Source: Spirochaetota bacterium (lineage in GTDB: Bacteria; Spirochaetota; UBA4802; JAGODF01). Taken from it: a stretch of 64,000 nt of DNA. The notes below the pieces were generated by a model. The model searched no databases, was not told the origin of the DNA, and was given only the letters and a program-made list of their open reading frames with translations. The translations under genes and the position numbers were made by a program. Shown one piece after another: positions 9,446 to 17,511 of the stretch (positions are counted from its first letter, which is position 1; each line of letters starts with the position of its first letter). The DNA is taken from NCBI GenBank assembly GCA_029974015.1, contig JARKUF010000014.1:217-64216 (forward strand). The letters are read 5' to 3'.

Positions 9446-9555
9446 GGGAACCTCTTAAAAAATAAATTTTTGGGGTTCCCATAAATTGTTACTGCCGGCA
9501 TACTCAGGATTTGGGTTTTCCCGCCGGCGGGAAAACCCAATTATTAGAGGTTGCC
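9446..9555 (-). mobile_element. Type-A MITE-like copy with GTAT target duplication
   Basis: GTAT|GGGAACCTC ... TTAGAGGTTGCC|GTAT; perfect 30-bp palindrome at 9511-9540. Confidence 0.92.
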
Positions 9556-9597
9556 GTATGTTAAAAAAATAATGAAGACTGGCGGTGTTAGTGCTGA

Positions 9598-11631
9598 ATG
9601 CCCGATATTGAACTGAAAATTAGAAGCAGGGACATCGACACACTGATCGATACCATACGGCGGAACGTACAGGACGCCGATATCGACCTCATTCGCCGGG
9701 TCTACGAGTACTCTGAAAAGTCCCATAAAAAACAGCTACGCCTATCCGGTGAGCCCTACATCATCCACCCCATGGAGGTGGCAATAATCCTTGCCGGGAT
9801 AGGCCTCGATACCACGACAATCGCCGCGGCCCTTCTGCATGATGTAGTGGAGGACACGGGGAGCACCACGGAAGACATCACACGCCTCTTCGGGGAGGAC
9901 ATTGCCCTCCTGGTTGAAGGCGTGACAAAAATATCCTCCCTGAAAAAACAGTCGAAATCGAAAGAACAGGCACACAATCTTCGAAAGATGCTCCTTGCTA
10001 CTATCAAAGACGTCCGTGTCATTCTTATAAAGCTCGCCGACAAGCTACACAATATGCGGACCATCATGTTTCAGCCCGAAGCCAAACAGAGGGTGATAGC
10101 CCAGGAAGTATTGGACATCTACGCCCCCCTGGCTGGAAGGCTCGGAATTTCCAAGATCCGTTCAGAGCTTGAGGACCTGGCGTTCCACTGTCTTCACCAC
10201 GATGAGTATCACGAGATCGCAAGCAAGGTGGTGCGGCAAAAGCAAAAAACCGAGGAGTTTCTGGAATCGATACGGTCGATCCTTTTAAAAAAATTCGAAG
10301 AACTAAAGATTTCCGCAATAATCACCGGGCGGGTGAAGCACCACTATTCCATTTTTAGAAAAATGAACCGACAGAACAAAACCTTCGAGGATATTTTCGA
10401 CATACGCGCCATCAGGATCATCACCGATGAGATACGGGACTGCTACGGAATACTGGGTATCATCCACACCCTATGGGCGCCCATTGCTTCGCGCTTTAAG
10501 GATTACATAGCGGTGCCGAAATCGAACATGTACCAATCCCTCCATACTACGGTGATAGGTCCCGACAGCCATCCCCTGGAAATTCAAATCCGGACACCGG
10601 AAATGCACGCCACGGCGGAGAATGGAATTGCCGCCCACTGGCTCTATAAGGAGCAACAGGGAGAGGCCCATAACGGATACCGAGACCTCACGATCATCAA
10701 GAACCTGGACAAACTCGAAGACGAAACGGACACCCGGGAGTTCATGAAAGAACTCAAAATGGACCTCTACGAGGACGAGATTTTCGTCTTCACTCCGAAG
10801 GGGAAAATTGTGAAGCTCGCCTCGGGGTCCACGCCTGTCGATTTCGCCTACGCCATCCACTCCGAGGTCGGTTCACACTGCACCGGAGCAAGAGTGAACA
10901 ACATGATGGTGCCCTTGAAGACGCGCCTGAAAAGCGGGGACATCGTGGAGATAATGACAAGCGCCAAGGGGCATCCATCGGAATCTTGGCTGAAATTTGT
11001 CCGTTCATCCAATGCCAGATATAAAATCAGGAGCTATCTGCGGCGCACCGGCAAGCCGGAAAGAGAGAGGGAGCGGCGGGAAGAGGCGCCGAAGCCGGAG
11101 CAGTCGGTGGAAGTGACGATCCCCGAAAAGGACCTCATCAAGATTAAAAAGGTCAATCTGAAAAGCAGAGTAGGCCTTACCATCGACGGAAATTCCAACG
11201 TGCTCATAAGGCTTTCCCAGTGCTGTCAGCCCATACCGGGCGACGATGTCGTTGGCTTCATTACCAGGGGCCGCGGCATCACCGTCCATAAGAAAAACTG
11301 CCCTTCTCTGAAACGGATGCGCATGGAAAAGGAGCGGTTCATTAACATCAAATGGGAAGAGGAATACGGCTCGAACACATATCCCGTGAAACTCCATGTG
11401 TACGGTTTCGACAGGCCTAACCTCCTAAAAGACCTTGCCGAGGAGATATCCCTCCGCGAATCTAATATCCTCAAGGTCGAGGCCCAGGTTGTAGAAAACG
11501 CCAACGCGGAATTTAAAATGGTCCTTGAGGTGCGCAACATAGATCACCTGAACAAAATCATCAAACATCTCCTAACCATAAAAAACATCACCAATGTGTA
11601 CAAGGTCAACGAAAAAGTTGTGCTGAAATGA
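9598..11631 (+). CDS. rel: Bifunctional (p)ppGpp synthetase/hydrolase (long RSH)
   Basis: HDVVED hydrolase, RFKDY and YQSLHT synthetase motifs, TGS, CC zinc and ACT domains. Confidence 0.96.
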   Translation: MPDIELKIRSRDIDTLIDTIRRNVQDADIDLIRRVYEYSEKSHKKQLRLSGEPYIIHPMEVAIILAGIGLDTTTIAAALLHDVVEDTGSTTEDITRLFGEDIALLVEGVTKISSLKKQSKSKEQAHNLRKMLLATIKDVRVILIKLADKLHNMRTIMFQPEAKQRVIAQEVLDIYAPLAGRLGISKIRSELEDLAFHCLHHDEYHEIASKVVRQKQKTEEFLESIRSILLKKFEELKISAIITGRVKHHYSIFRKMNRQNKTFEDIFDIRAIRIITDEIRDCYGILGIIHTLWAPIASRFKDYIAVPKSNMYQSLHTTVIGPDSHPLEIQIRTPEMHATAENGIAAHWLYKEQQGEAHNGYRDLTIIKNLDKLEDETDTREFMKELKMDLYEDEIFVFTPKGKIVKLASGSTPVDFAYAIHSEVGSHCTGARVNNMMVPLKTRLKSGDIVEIMTSAKGHPSESWLKFVRSSNARYKIRSYLRRTGKPERERERREEAPKPEQSVEVTIPEKDLIKIKKVNLKSRVGLTIDGNSNVLIRLSQCCQPIPGDDVVGFITRGRGITVHKKNCPSLKRMRMEKERFINIKWEEEYGSNTYPVKLHVYGFDRPNLLKDLAEEISLRESNILKVEAQVVENANAEFKMVLEVRNIDHLNKIIKHLLTIKNITNVYKVNEKVVLK

Positions 11632-12260
11632 GAGTAATCCTCGCTTCAACATCGCCGAGGCGAAAAACCATCTTGGAAAGCGTCATCCCTTCTTTCGAAA
11701 TCATCGCCCCCTGTGTCGACGAATCGTCATTCACCTGGGAAAAACCCCACAGCCACACAGAAAGGGTTTCAGCGATGAAAGCGGAATATGCCCTATCCAG
11801 CTCGGGGCGAGGCGGCGAAATCCTGGTTATCGCCTCCGACACTATCGTCACTTATGAGGGCAGGATCATCGGAAAACCCGCCGATTACGAGGATGCCGTG
11901 CTCACCCTCACTGCTTTAAGCGGGAAAACTCACTCCGTAGTGACGGCGGTCACTATCATCCACGATAAAGGGATGCTGAAAAGGGCCACGTCCTCGGAGG
12001 AAACGTCCGTGACTTTTAGAAAACTCGATGGGGAAGCGATTCGGAAGTACCTTTCCCTTGTCGAATACGCCGACAAGGCCGGTTCCTACGCCGTCCAGGA
12101 GTACGGGGAGATGATCGTCGCGTCATTGCGGGGTTCCCTTACAAACGTGATCGGCTTCCCCCTCAGGAAGTTTTTCGCCATGCTGGCGGACCTCGGTCTC
12201 TTAAATCGTGTTTTCCCCGGCCCGGAAGCCCATTTGCCCAACCCTACAATGAGGCCGTGA
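11628..12260 (+). CDS. maf: Maf nucleotide pyrophosphatase
   Basis: LASTSPRR, SDTIV, GKP, DKAGSYAVQ. Confidence 0.94.
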   Translation: MRVILASTSPRRKTILESVIPSFEIIAPCVDESSFTWEKPHSHTERVSAMKAEYALSSSGRGGEILVIASDTIVTYEGRIIGKPADYEDAVLTLTALSGKTHSVVTAVTIIHDKGMLKRATSSEETSVTFRKLDGEAIRKYLSLVEYADKAGSYAVQEYGEMIVASLRGSLTNVIGFPLRKFFAMLADLGLLNRVFPGPEAHLPNPTMRP

Positions 12261-12350
12261 GAAAGGGCTTGACACTGCCGCCTGTCTCTGTTCATGTCGA
12301 CTCTGCATATCCGCTGTCCAACTGATGTTAGCAATAATTCCGAGGTATTT

Positions 12351-13433
12351 ATGATATATTCTCGCATTGTCGGTACGGCATCCTCCCGAATTATCCGGGC
12401 GGTGTTGTTCTCGGTCATGGTTCTCTGTTTGTACGTGACCGAAAGTGTTTGTGCACCAGCGAAGGCCTCAGCGCAAACGGCCCACAATTCCCTATTGGAA
12501 CTCTTCAAGGGCACGCCGGAGGAAAAGGTCACGCCCACCAGATGGGAAATAGGAAATACTATAATCTCAAATGAGGACAGGCTGGAGCTTTTCAAGGCTT
12601 CAGTGGAAAACCTCGGAGGCGGGTACGTGGGACTTGGGGGCACCCAGAATTTTCTCCTCGCTTCATGGGCCGGTTCAGAATGGATGTGGCTCTTCGATTT
12701 CACCTCCAGGGTCGTCATGGCAAACAGGATACATGTGGCATTTCTAAAAAATGCAACGACTCCCCGGGAGTTTAGAGAGCTTTGGATGAAAAAATCCAAA
12801 AAAAAGGCGATGGAGATAATCGATACAGAGTTTGCGAAAGACCCGGAGCTTCAGTATGCGAAGAAAACATGGAACATCGGCCTCGGGTATATTCCCTGGA
12901 GGTTCCGTAACCTCGACCGCGTCACGAAAAAATACGGCTACAAGATATGGCTCAACGACCAGACCTATTTCGACAGGGTGCGGAATCTGGCCCTTCAAAA
13001 CCGCATCATCGCAAGGAAGGGAAACCTCAACGGCACGGTGACGCTTCTCGGCATCGCTGAAACGGCGAAGAAAATGGGCGTCCCGATTCGCATAGTATAC
13101 CTCTCGAACGCCGAAGAGTATATCAGCAATTACCAGGAACAGTACCGTAAAAATTTCATTGCCATGCCCGTTGACGCAAAGTCGGTCCTGCTCAGGACGA
13201 ATTCTGTGTTCCGCACTCTTTTCCCATGGGCCCCCGACTCTGAAATTTCCACCGATAAAGGTTTTCATTACAATGTGATGCCCATGCAGGTTTTCCAGGA
13301 ATGGCTTTCCCTTCCACTCCAAAAGCTTAGAGTTGTCGATATGATGAAACACGGAGAAGTTGATAAAAAAAACGGCTTCAGCGTGGTTAAAGCCGTTCCT
13401 GAATGCGTGAAAAAAGACCCGGGAGTGAAATGA
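12351..13433 (+). CDS. Exported hypothetical protein
   Basis: GAGG RBS before ATG 12351; signal-like N-terminus; SNE, GGYVGLG and YLSNAEEY motifs. Confidence 0.75.
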   Translation: MIYSRIVGTASSRIIRAVLFSVMVLCLYVTESVCAPAKASAQTAHNSLLELFKGTPEEKVTPTRWEIGNTIISNEDRLELFKASVENLGGGYVGLGGTQNFLLASWAGSEWMWLFDFTSRVVMANRIHVAFLKNATTPREFRELWMKKSKKKAMEIIDTEFAKDPELQYAKKTWNIGLGYIPWRFRNLDRVTKKYGYKIWLNDQTYFDRVRNLALQNRIIARKGNLNGTVTLLGIAETAKKMGVPIRIVYLSNAEEYISNYQEQYRKNFIAMPVDAKSVLLRTNSVFRTLFPWAPDSEISTDKGFHYNVMPMQVFQEWLSLPLQKLRVVDMMKHGEVDKKNGFSVVKAVPECVKKDPGVK

Positions 13434-13434
13434 A

Positions 13435-14307
13435 ATGTCGCATCGCATCTCTCCCTTTATCGCTTCGTCGATAACATCAATAGCCCTCGCAACGCACTTT
13501 GCCTGCGGCGCCGTAGGCGGCACTTCGGATGCCGGCCACATCGATTGTGCATGCCTGGAAGTCCCTCAAGGCATGAAGTGCATTCCCGGCGGCGTATTTA
13601 TACGAGGAAGCAACCGAACAACTGTCGACGAAGACAGCGGCAGGAAGGTTAAAGATGAGTATCCAGAGGGCCCAGTCGAAGTAAGCACTTTTTTTATGGA
13701 TACCGATGAAGTAACCTTTGCAAACTACCAGGAATGCGTGAAGGCGAAAGCCTGTCCACCGGCAAGGCCTAATTATCGGGGATACAGCCGGGCGAACCAG
13801 CCGATGCTGGGCGTCAACTGGTACCATGCCCGGGATTACTGCCGATGGAAGGGAAAGCGCCTACCCACGGAAGCAGAATGGGAAAAAGCGGCCCGTGGCG
13901 ATCACGGAGAGCTGTACCCATGGGGTAACGAAAAACCGGATTGCACCAGGGCGATCATCCAGGAAAAGAAAGTAAAAGGATGCGGGAAAGGCACCACCTG
14001 GGACGTAGGCTCCCGCCCGGCCTACCGTTATGGTTTACGTGACATGGCAGGTAACTCCTGGGAATGGGTCAACGATTGGTACAGCCCCGACTACAAGGAG
14101 TGTGGGGCTCTATGTTTCGGCAGAGACCCACGGGGTCCCTGCAATGGCGCTGAAAAATGCCCTGGTCACACCAAAAAAATCGTACGTGGAGGTTCGTGGT
14201 GGTGGGACGGCCCCTATGCCCTGGGGCATAACCGTCGGCCCCATTATCCTTCGAACAAGCCTTATCACCATTTCGGTTTCAGATGCGCCAAAACGGCAAA
14301 GTATTAA
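13435..14307 (+). CDS. FGE-sulfatase (SUMF1-like) domain protein
   Basis: RLPTEAEWEKAARG, DMAGNSWEWVND, RGGSW, GFRCA. Confidence 0.93.
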   Translation: MSHRISPFIASSITSIALATHFACGAVGGTSDAGHIDCACLEVPQGMKCIPGGVFIRGSNRTTVDEDSGRKVKDEYPEGPVEVSTFFMDTDEVTFANYQECVKAKACPPARPNYRGYSRANQPMLGVNWYHARDYCRWKGKRLPTEAEWEKAARGDHGELYPWGNEKPDCTRAIIQEKKVKGCGKGTTWDVGSRPAYRYGLRDMAGNSWEWVNDWYSPDYKECGALCFGRDPRGPCNGAEKCPGHTKKIVRGGSWWWDGPYALGHNRRPHYPSNKPYHHFGFRCAKTAKY

Positions 14308-14329
14308 GGACTGCAAATGACATTTTTTA

Positions 14330-14358
14330 TTGACGTGGAGCCTTGATAGGCCTATACT
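14330..14358 (+). promoter_or_regulatory. Sigma70 promoter
   Basis: TTGACG-N17-TATACT. Confidence 0.7.
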
Positions 14359-14376
14359 ACATTATTATTGAGTTAT

Positions 14377-14465
14377 GGCAATCTCTAATATTAGGCTTTC
14401 CCGCCCGCCTTCGGCGGGCGGGAGAATGAAGTTTTTGTGACTGCCCTTAATTTTAAGAGGTTCCC
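14377..14465 (+). mobile_element. Type-A MITE-like copy with TTAT duplication and an internal type-B end
   Basis: TTAT|GGCAATCTCTAA ... AGTTTTTGTGACTGCCC-TTAA ... GAGGTTCCC|TTAT. Confidence 0.9.
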
Positions 14466-14523
14466 TTATATTGTTCCTTGCTGTAATATTTTTCGAATCG
14501 TGTAATTTTGGAATTGTAACACC

Positions 14524-15123
14524 ATGTTCAAGGGTGGAAACGTGAAAAAAGAGATAAATTTTCTCGACAGCTTTTCCGCTGACACCTCAATCATCCCAAA
14601 TATTATTAATAACCTCATGAAAAATCTTGAGGTTATGGATTATCCACGCGAAGAGATCGATGAAATTGTCCTTTCCATGGACGAAGCCATTACCAACGCC
14701 GTACAGGAGACAATACGGAAAAAATGCGATTCTGCACCTAAAGAACCATGCTGTGAACAGCGGGAAATCACCATCAGATACAATATTACGTCATTCAATT
14801 TTGATGCAACCATCATCGACCGCGGTTGCGGTCTTGACATAGACTCCCTTGTGGGTATCATCCCCGACAGTTCCGCCGTCGATTATCATAATCAAATTGT
14901 TCGATATGCGACAGAGTCCGAACGAAAAAAGCTCATCGTCCGCGTTAATGGAAAGGAAATCATATTGAAGGGGATCGGAGCGGGGTTAAAAATAATACTC
15001 GCCTTTATGGACAATATAACTATCGACCTCATCGATAAAAAAAAGATTATCTCAAACAGCGTTTCCGAATTTACCGACGGCACTATCCTCAATATCAAAA
15101 GGCGTAGACGGTATTCTCCATGA
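14524..15123 (+). CDS. RsbW-like anti-sigma/Ser kinase (HATPase_c_2)
   Basis: N box DEAITNA, G1 DRGCG, G2 GAGLKII. Confidence 0.8.
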   Translation: MFKGGNVKKEINFLDSFSADTSIIPNIINNLMKNLEVMDYPREEIDEIVLSMDEAITNAVQETIRKKCDSAPKEPCCEQREITIRYNITSFNFDATIIDRGCGLDIDSLVGIIPDSSAVDYHNQIVRYATESERKKLIVRVNGKEIILKGIGAGLKIILAFMDNITIDLIDKKKIISNSVSEFTDGTILNIKRRRRYSP

Positions 15124-15884
15124 CGTTGAGGGCCCGGAAAGCGTACGACAACCAGGATTTTCTCAACTCCCGGGATGCGCGCACCGTGAGGATACTTTGC
15201 GAATACCTGGAACCGGAAAAGAGGCTCGAAGATTGCGAAGTGTCGAATACCGTTGTCTTTTTCGGGTCCGCAAGGCTGGGTCCGGAAGGCGCCGCGGGAG
15301 AACGAATGGAGGGGTATTATTGGGCTGCGGAAGAGCTCGCGTTTCGCCTTGCCACCTGGTCGAAAACGATGGCGAAAAAGGAACATATGTTTCATGTGTG
15401 TACGGGGGGCGGGCCCGGTATTATGGAAGCGGCCAACCGGGGCGCCAGGCGCGCCGGCGCCGATACCATAGGCTACAATATCTCTCTCCCTTTTGAACAG
15501 CATCCTAACGAATTTATTTCGGAAAAACTTAATTTTGAGTTTCACTATTTTTTCATGAGAAAGCTCTGGTTCATATACCACGCAAAGGCCGTCATCGTAT
15601 TTCCGGGAGGATTTGGAACTTTTGACGAACTTTTCGAGATCCTCACTTTGAAGCAGACGAAAACACTTGAAAAAGCGGAAATCCCCATACTTCTATACGA
15701 TGAGATATTTTGGCGCGAAATGGTGAATTTTGAAGGGCTCGCAGAGCGCGGACTTATATCACATGAGGACCTAAACATCTTTCACTACGTTTCAAGTCCC
15801 GAAGAGGGGTTTGAATACCTTAAGCCGCGACTTATTAGTTTGATTGATGATGTCAACGGCATATTCCATGATGGGAACCCCTAA
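15120..15884 (+). CDS. LOG family protein (TIGR00730-like)
   Basis: FGSAR, TGGGPGIMEAAN, YFFMRK, PGGFGTFDE. Confidence 0.93.
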   Translation: MTLRARKAYDNQDFLNSRDARTVRILCEYLEPEKRLEDCEVSNTVVFFGSARLGPEGAAGERMEGYYWAAEELAFRLATWSKTMAKKEHMFHVCTGGGPGIMEAANRGARRAGADTIGYNISLPFEQHPNEFISEKLNFEFHYFFMRKLWFIYHAKAVIVFPGGFGTFDELFEILTLKQTKTLEKAEIPILLYDEIFWREMVNFEGLAERGLISHEDLNIFHYVSSPEEGFEYLKPRLISLIDDVNGIFHDGNP

Positions 15885-15904
15885 AAATTGGTTTTTAGTA
15901 TCCC
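15873..15904. repeat. MITE AT-hairpin remnant overlapping the LOG stop codon
   Basis: GGGAACCCCTAAAAATTGGTTTTTAGTATCCC. Confidence 0.65.
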
Positions 15905-15963
15905 ATAATATTTGACGTTGCCTGAAGTTTGATACATTATTCTCAATTGTCACCGGGGTGCAC

Positions 15964-16650
15964 ATGAAAAAGGTATTTATCTGCGCCGTTCTCTTGGTCG
16001 CTTTTTTGTTCGGGACCCGGGAATCTTCACTCCAGGGCGGACCCCGTTACAAAAAACACAGGAACGGCACATTCAATTATGAAATAATCGTACCTGCGCG
16101 CTGGCAGACCGACGAAGTAACCCTGGAAAAAAAGCATATCTTCCTCGCCTGCCGGGGCAGACATGAAATTAAAGTCAGGGCCTTTTTGTCGGAAAACCCG
16201 AAAATTGACTCGGTTATCCATAAACGAAGCTGGAACCTCAGGGAGATCGATCCCCTGTTGAACAGGATCCTGGAAACTGAAAAGATATCCGTGAAAAAGA
16301 ACGTTGAGGGAAAACTCCTCGTTTTTGAGTATCGATCTCACCGCAAGAAGATGCTCATGAGGACCATGGTACGCCGTGAAAACAATACAATATATATTAT
16401 TGACTGCAAATCTCCGGTGGATGGTTTTTACAGAAACGAGGAGGCTTTCAATATAGCCCTTTCAAGCTTCAAAATCCTTTCCGGCGGCGCGGAAAACGGC
16501 CAGGATGAGAGCGGGCGCCTGGAAGAGGAAGAAGGGCTTGCCAGCTTTTCCGATGGGGAAACCGATAAGGACACGCCCGTAAGATCAGGAGAGCGCAAGG
16601 TTACACCGAAGGGGCAGTTCTTTGAGGAACAATTCTTCGAAATGGATTAG
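15964..16650 (+). CDS. Exported hypothetical protein
   Basis: MKK signal peptide, acidic tail, continuous ORF. Confidence 0.7.
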   Translation: MKKVFICAVLLVAFLFGTRESSLQGGPRYKKHRNGTFNYEIIVPARWQTDEVTLEKKHIFLACRGRHEIKVRAFLSENPKIDSVIHKRSWNLREIDPLLNRILETEKISVKKNVEGKLLVFEYRSHRKKMLMRTMVRRENNTIYIIDCKSPVDGFYRNEEAFNIALSSFKILSGGAENGQDESGRLEEEEGLASFSDGETDKDTPVRSGERKVTPKGQFFEEQFFEMD

Positions 16651-16696
16651 CCCCGGAGAAGATGTCCTCTGCCCGGATACACGCCATACCCCGCTG

Positions 16697-16781
16697 TGCC
16701 CAAGGCCGGACTTGAACCGGCACGGACAAAAAGCCCAAGGGATTTTAAGTCCCTTGTGTCTACCTATTCCACCACTTGGGC
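16697..16781 (-). tRNA. tRNA-Leu(TAA)
   Basis: GCCCAAG acceptor stem, CT-TAA-AA anticodon loop, long variable arm, GGTTCAAGTCC. Confidence 0.96.
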
Positions 16782-16843
16782 GACGAATCCTCTTTCTTCT
16801 TTTCAATTTCGACTTTTATATTATTCCTACTATTCCTAATTGA

Positions 16844-16963
16844 GGGAACCGCTTAAACTTATATTTTTAAGATTATTAAAAATTGTAATTACTGGCAGAC
16901 TCAGAACTTGGGTTTTCCCTCCCGCCGAAGGCGTGCGGGAAAACCCTATAATTGGAGGTTGCC
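16844..16963 (-). mobile_element. Type-A MITE-like copy between the two tRNA genes
   Basis: TTGA|GGGAACCGC ... GGAGGTTGCC|TTAA, with CTGGCAGACTCAG core and GC hairpin. Confidence 0.85.
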
Positions 16964-16970
16964 TTAATTT

Positions 16971-17043
16971 AGGCGCCGAGCGGATTCGAACCGCTGAATA
17001 AAGGTTTTGCAGACCTCTCCCTTAGCCACTTGGGTACGGCGCC
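16971..17043 (-). tRNA. tRNA-Cys(GCA)
   Basis: GGCGCCG acceptor stem, CT-GCA-AA loop, GGTTCGAATCC. Confidence 0.96.
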
Positions 17044-17230
17044 GTGCGAACAGCCCTTCGTTTTTTTCATGAACATGAAAAGTATCACAGCAGGTAATGT
17101 CAACAATATTTTCCGGGCCGGAGTTCATCAAAAAAATGGTCGGTATTACATATACGCCCTATGCAAAATGTCTTACATGAGTTCTGAGAAAAATAAAACG
17201 ACCCCGTTTAGGTATTGCACAAAATAAATA

Positions 17231-17285
17231 GGGAACCCCAAAATTTTTAGGTAGCACTTGGGTTTTCCAGGTTGGGATAAAACAA
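17231..17285. repeat. Decayed MITE fragment
   Basis: GGGAACCCCAAAATTTTTAGG ... ACTTGGGTTTTCC. Confidence 0.5.
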
Positions 17286-17511
17286 TTGCTGAGCAGACTT
17301 GCGAATTTTCAAGAATAATGGGTTCAAAGCAACTGTATTCTCCTGTACTAAGGCTACAAAAAAAGCGGATAAAAATGAGCTTCTTCAGTATCAAAACAGG
17401 TATAACTATTGACAACTTGGATTCCTGCTTCAAGATTGGCCCAGGTTGGGCCTTATATTAAAGGATACATAGCGATGGGCTATAACTAACACACTTCTAC
17501 AGGAGGTATTT

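Noticed and set aside
9358-9540. 60-aa minus-strand ORF, and the similar 24032-24244 ORF
   Set aside because: These are translations of MITE sequence with no RBS or protein-like features.
16650-17100. tRNA-anchored genomic island or prophage
   Set aside because: No integrase, duplicated tRNA 3' end or phage genes were seen near any of the three tRNAs.
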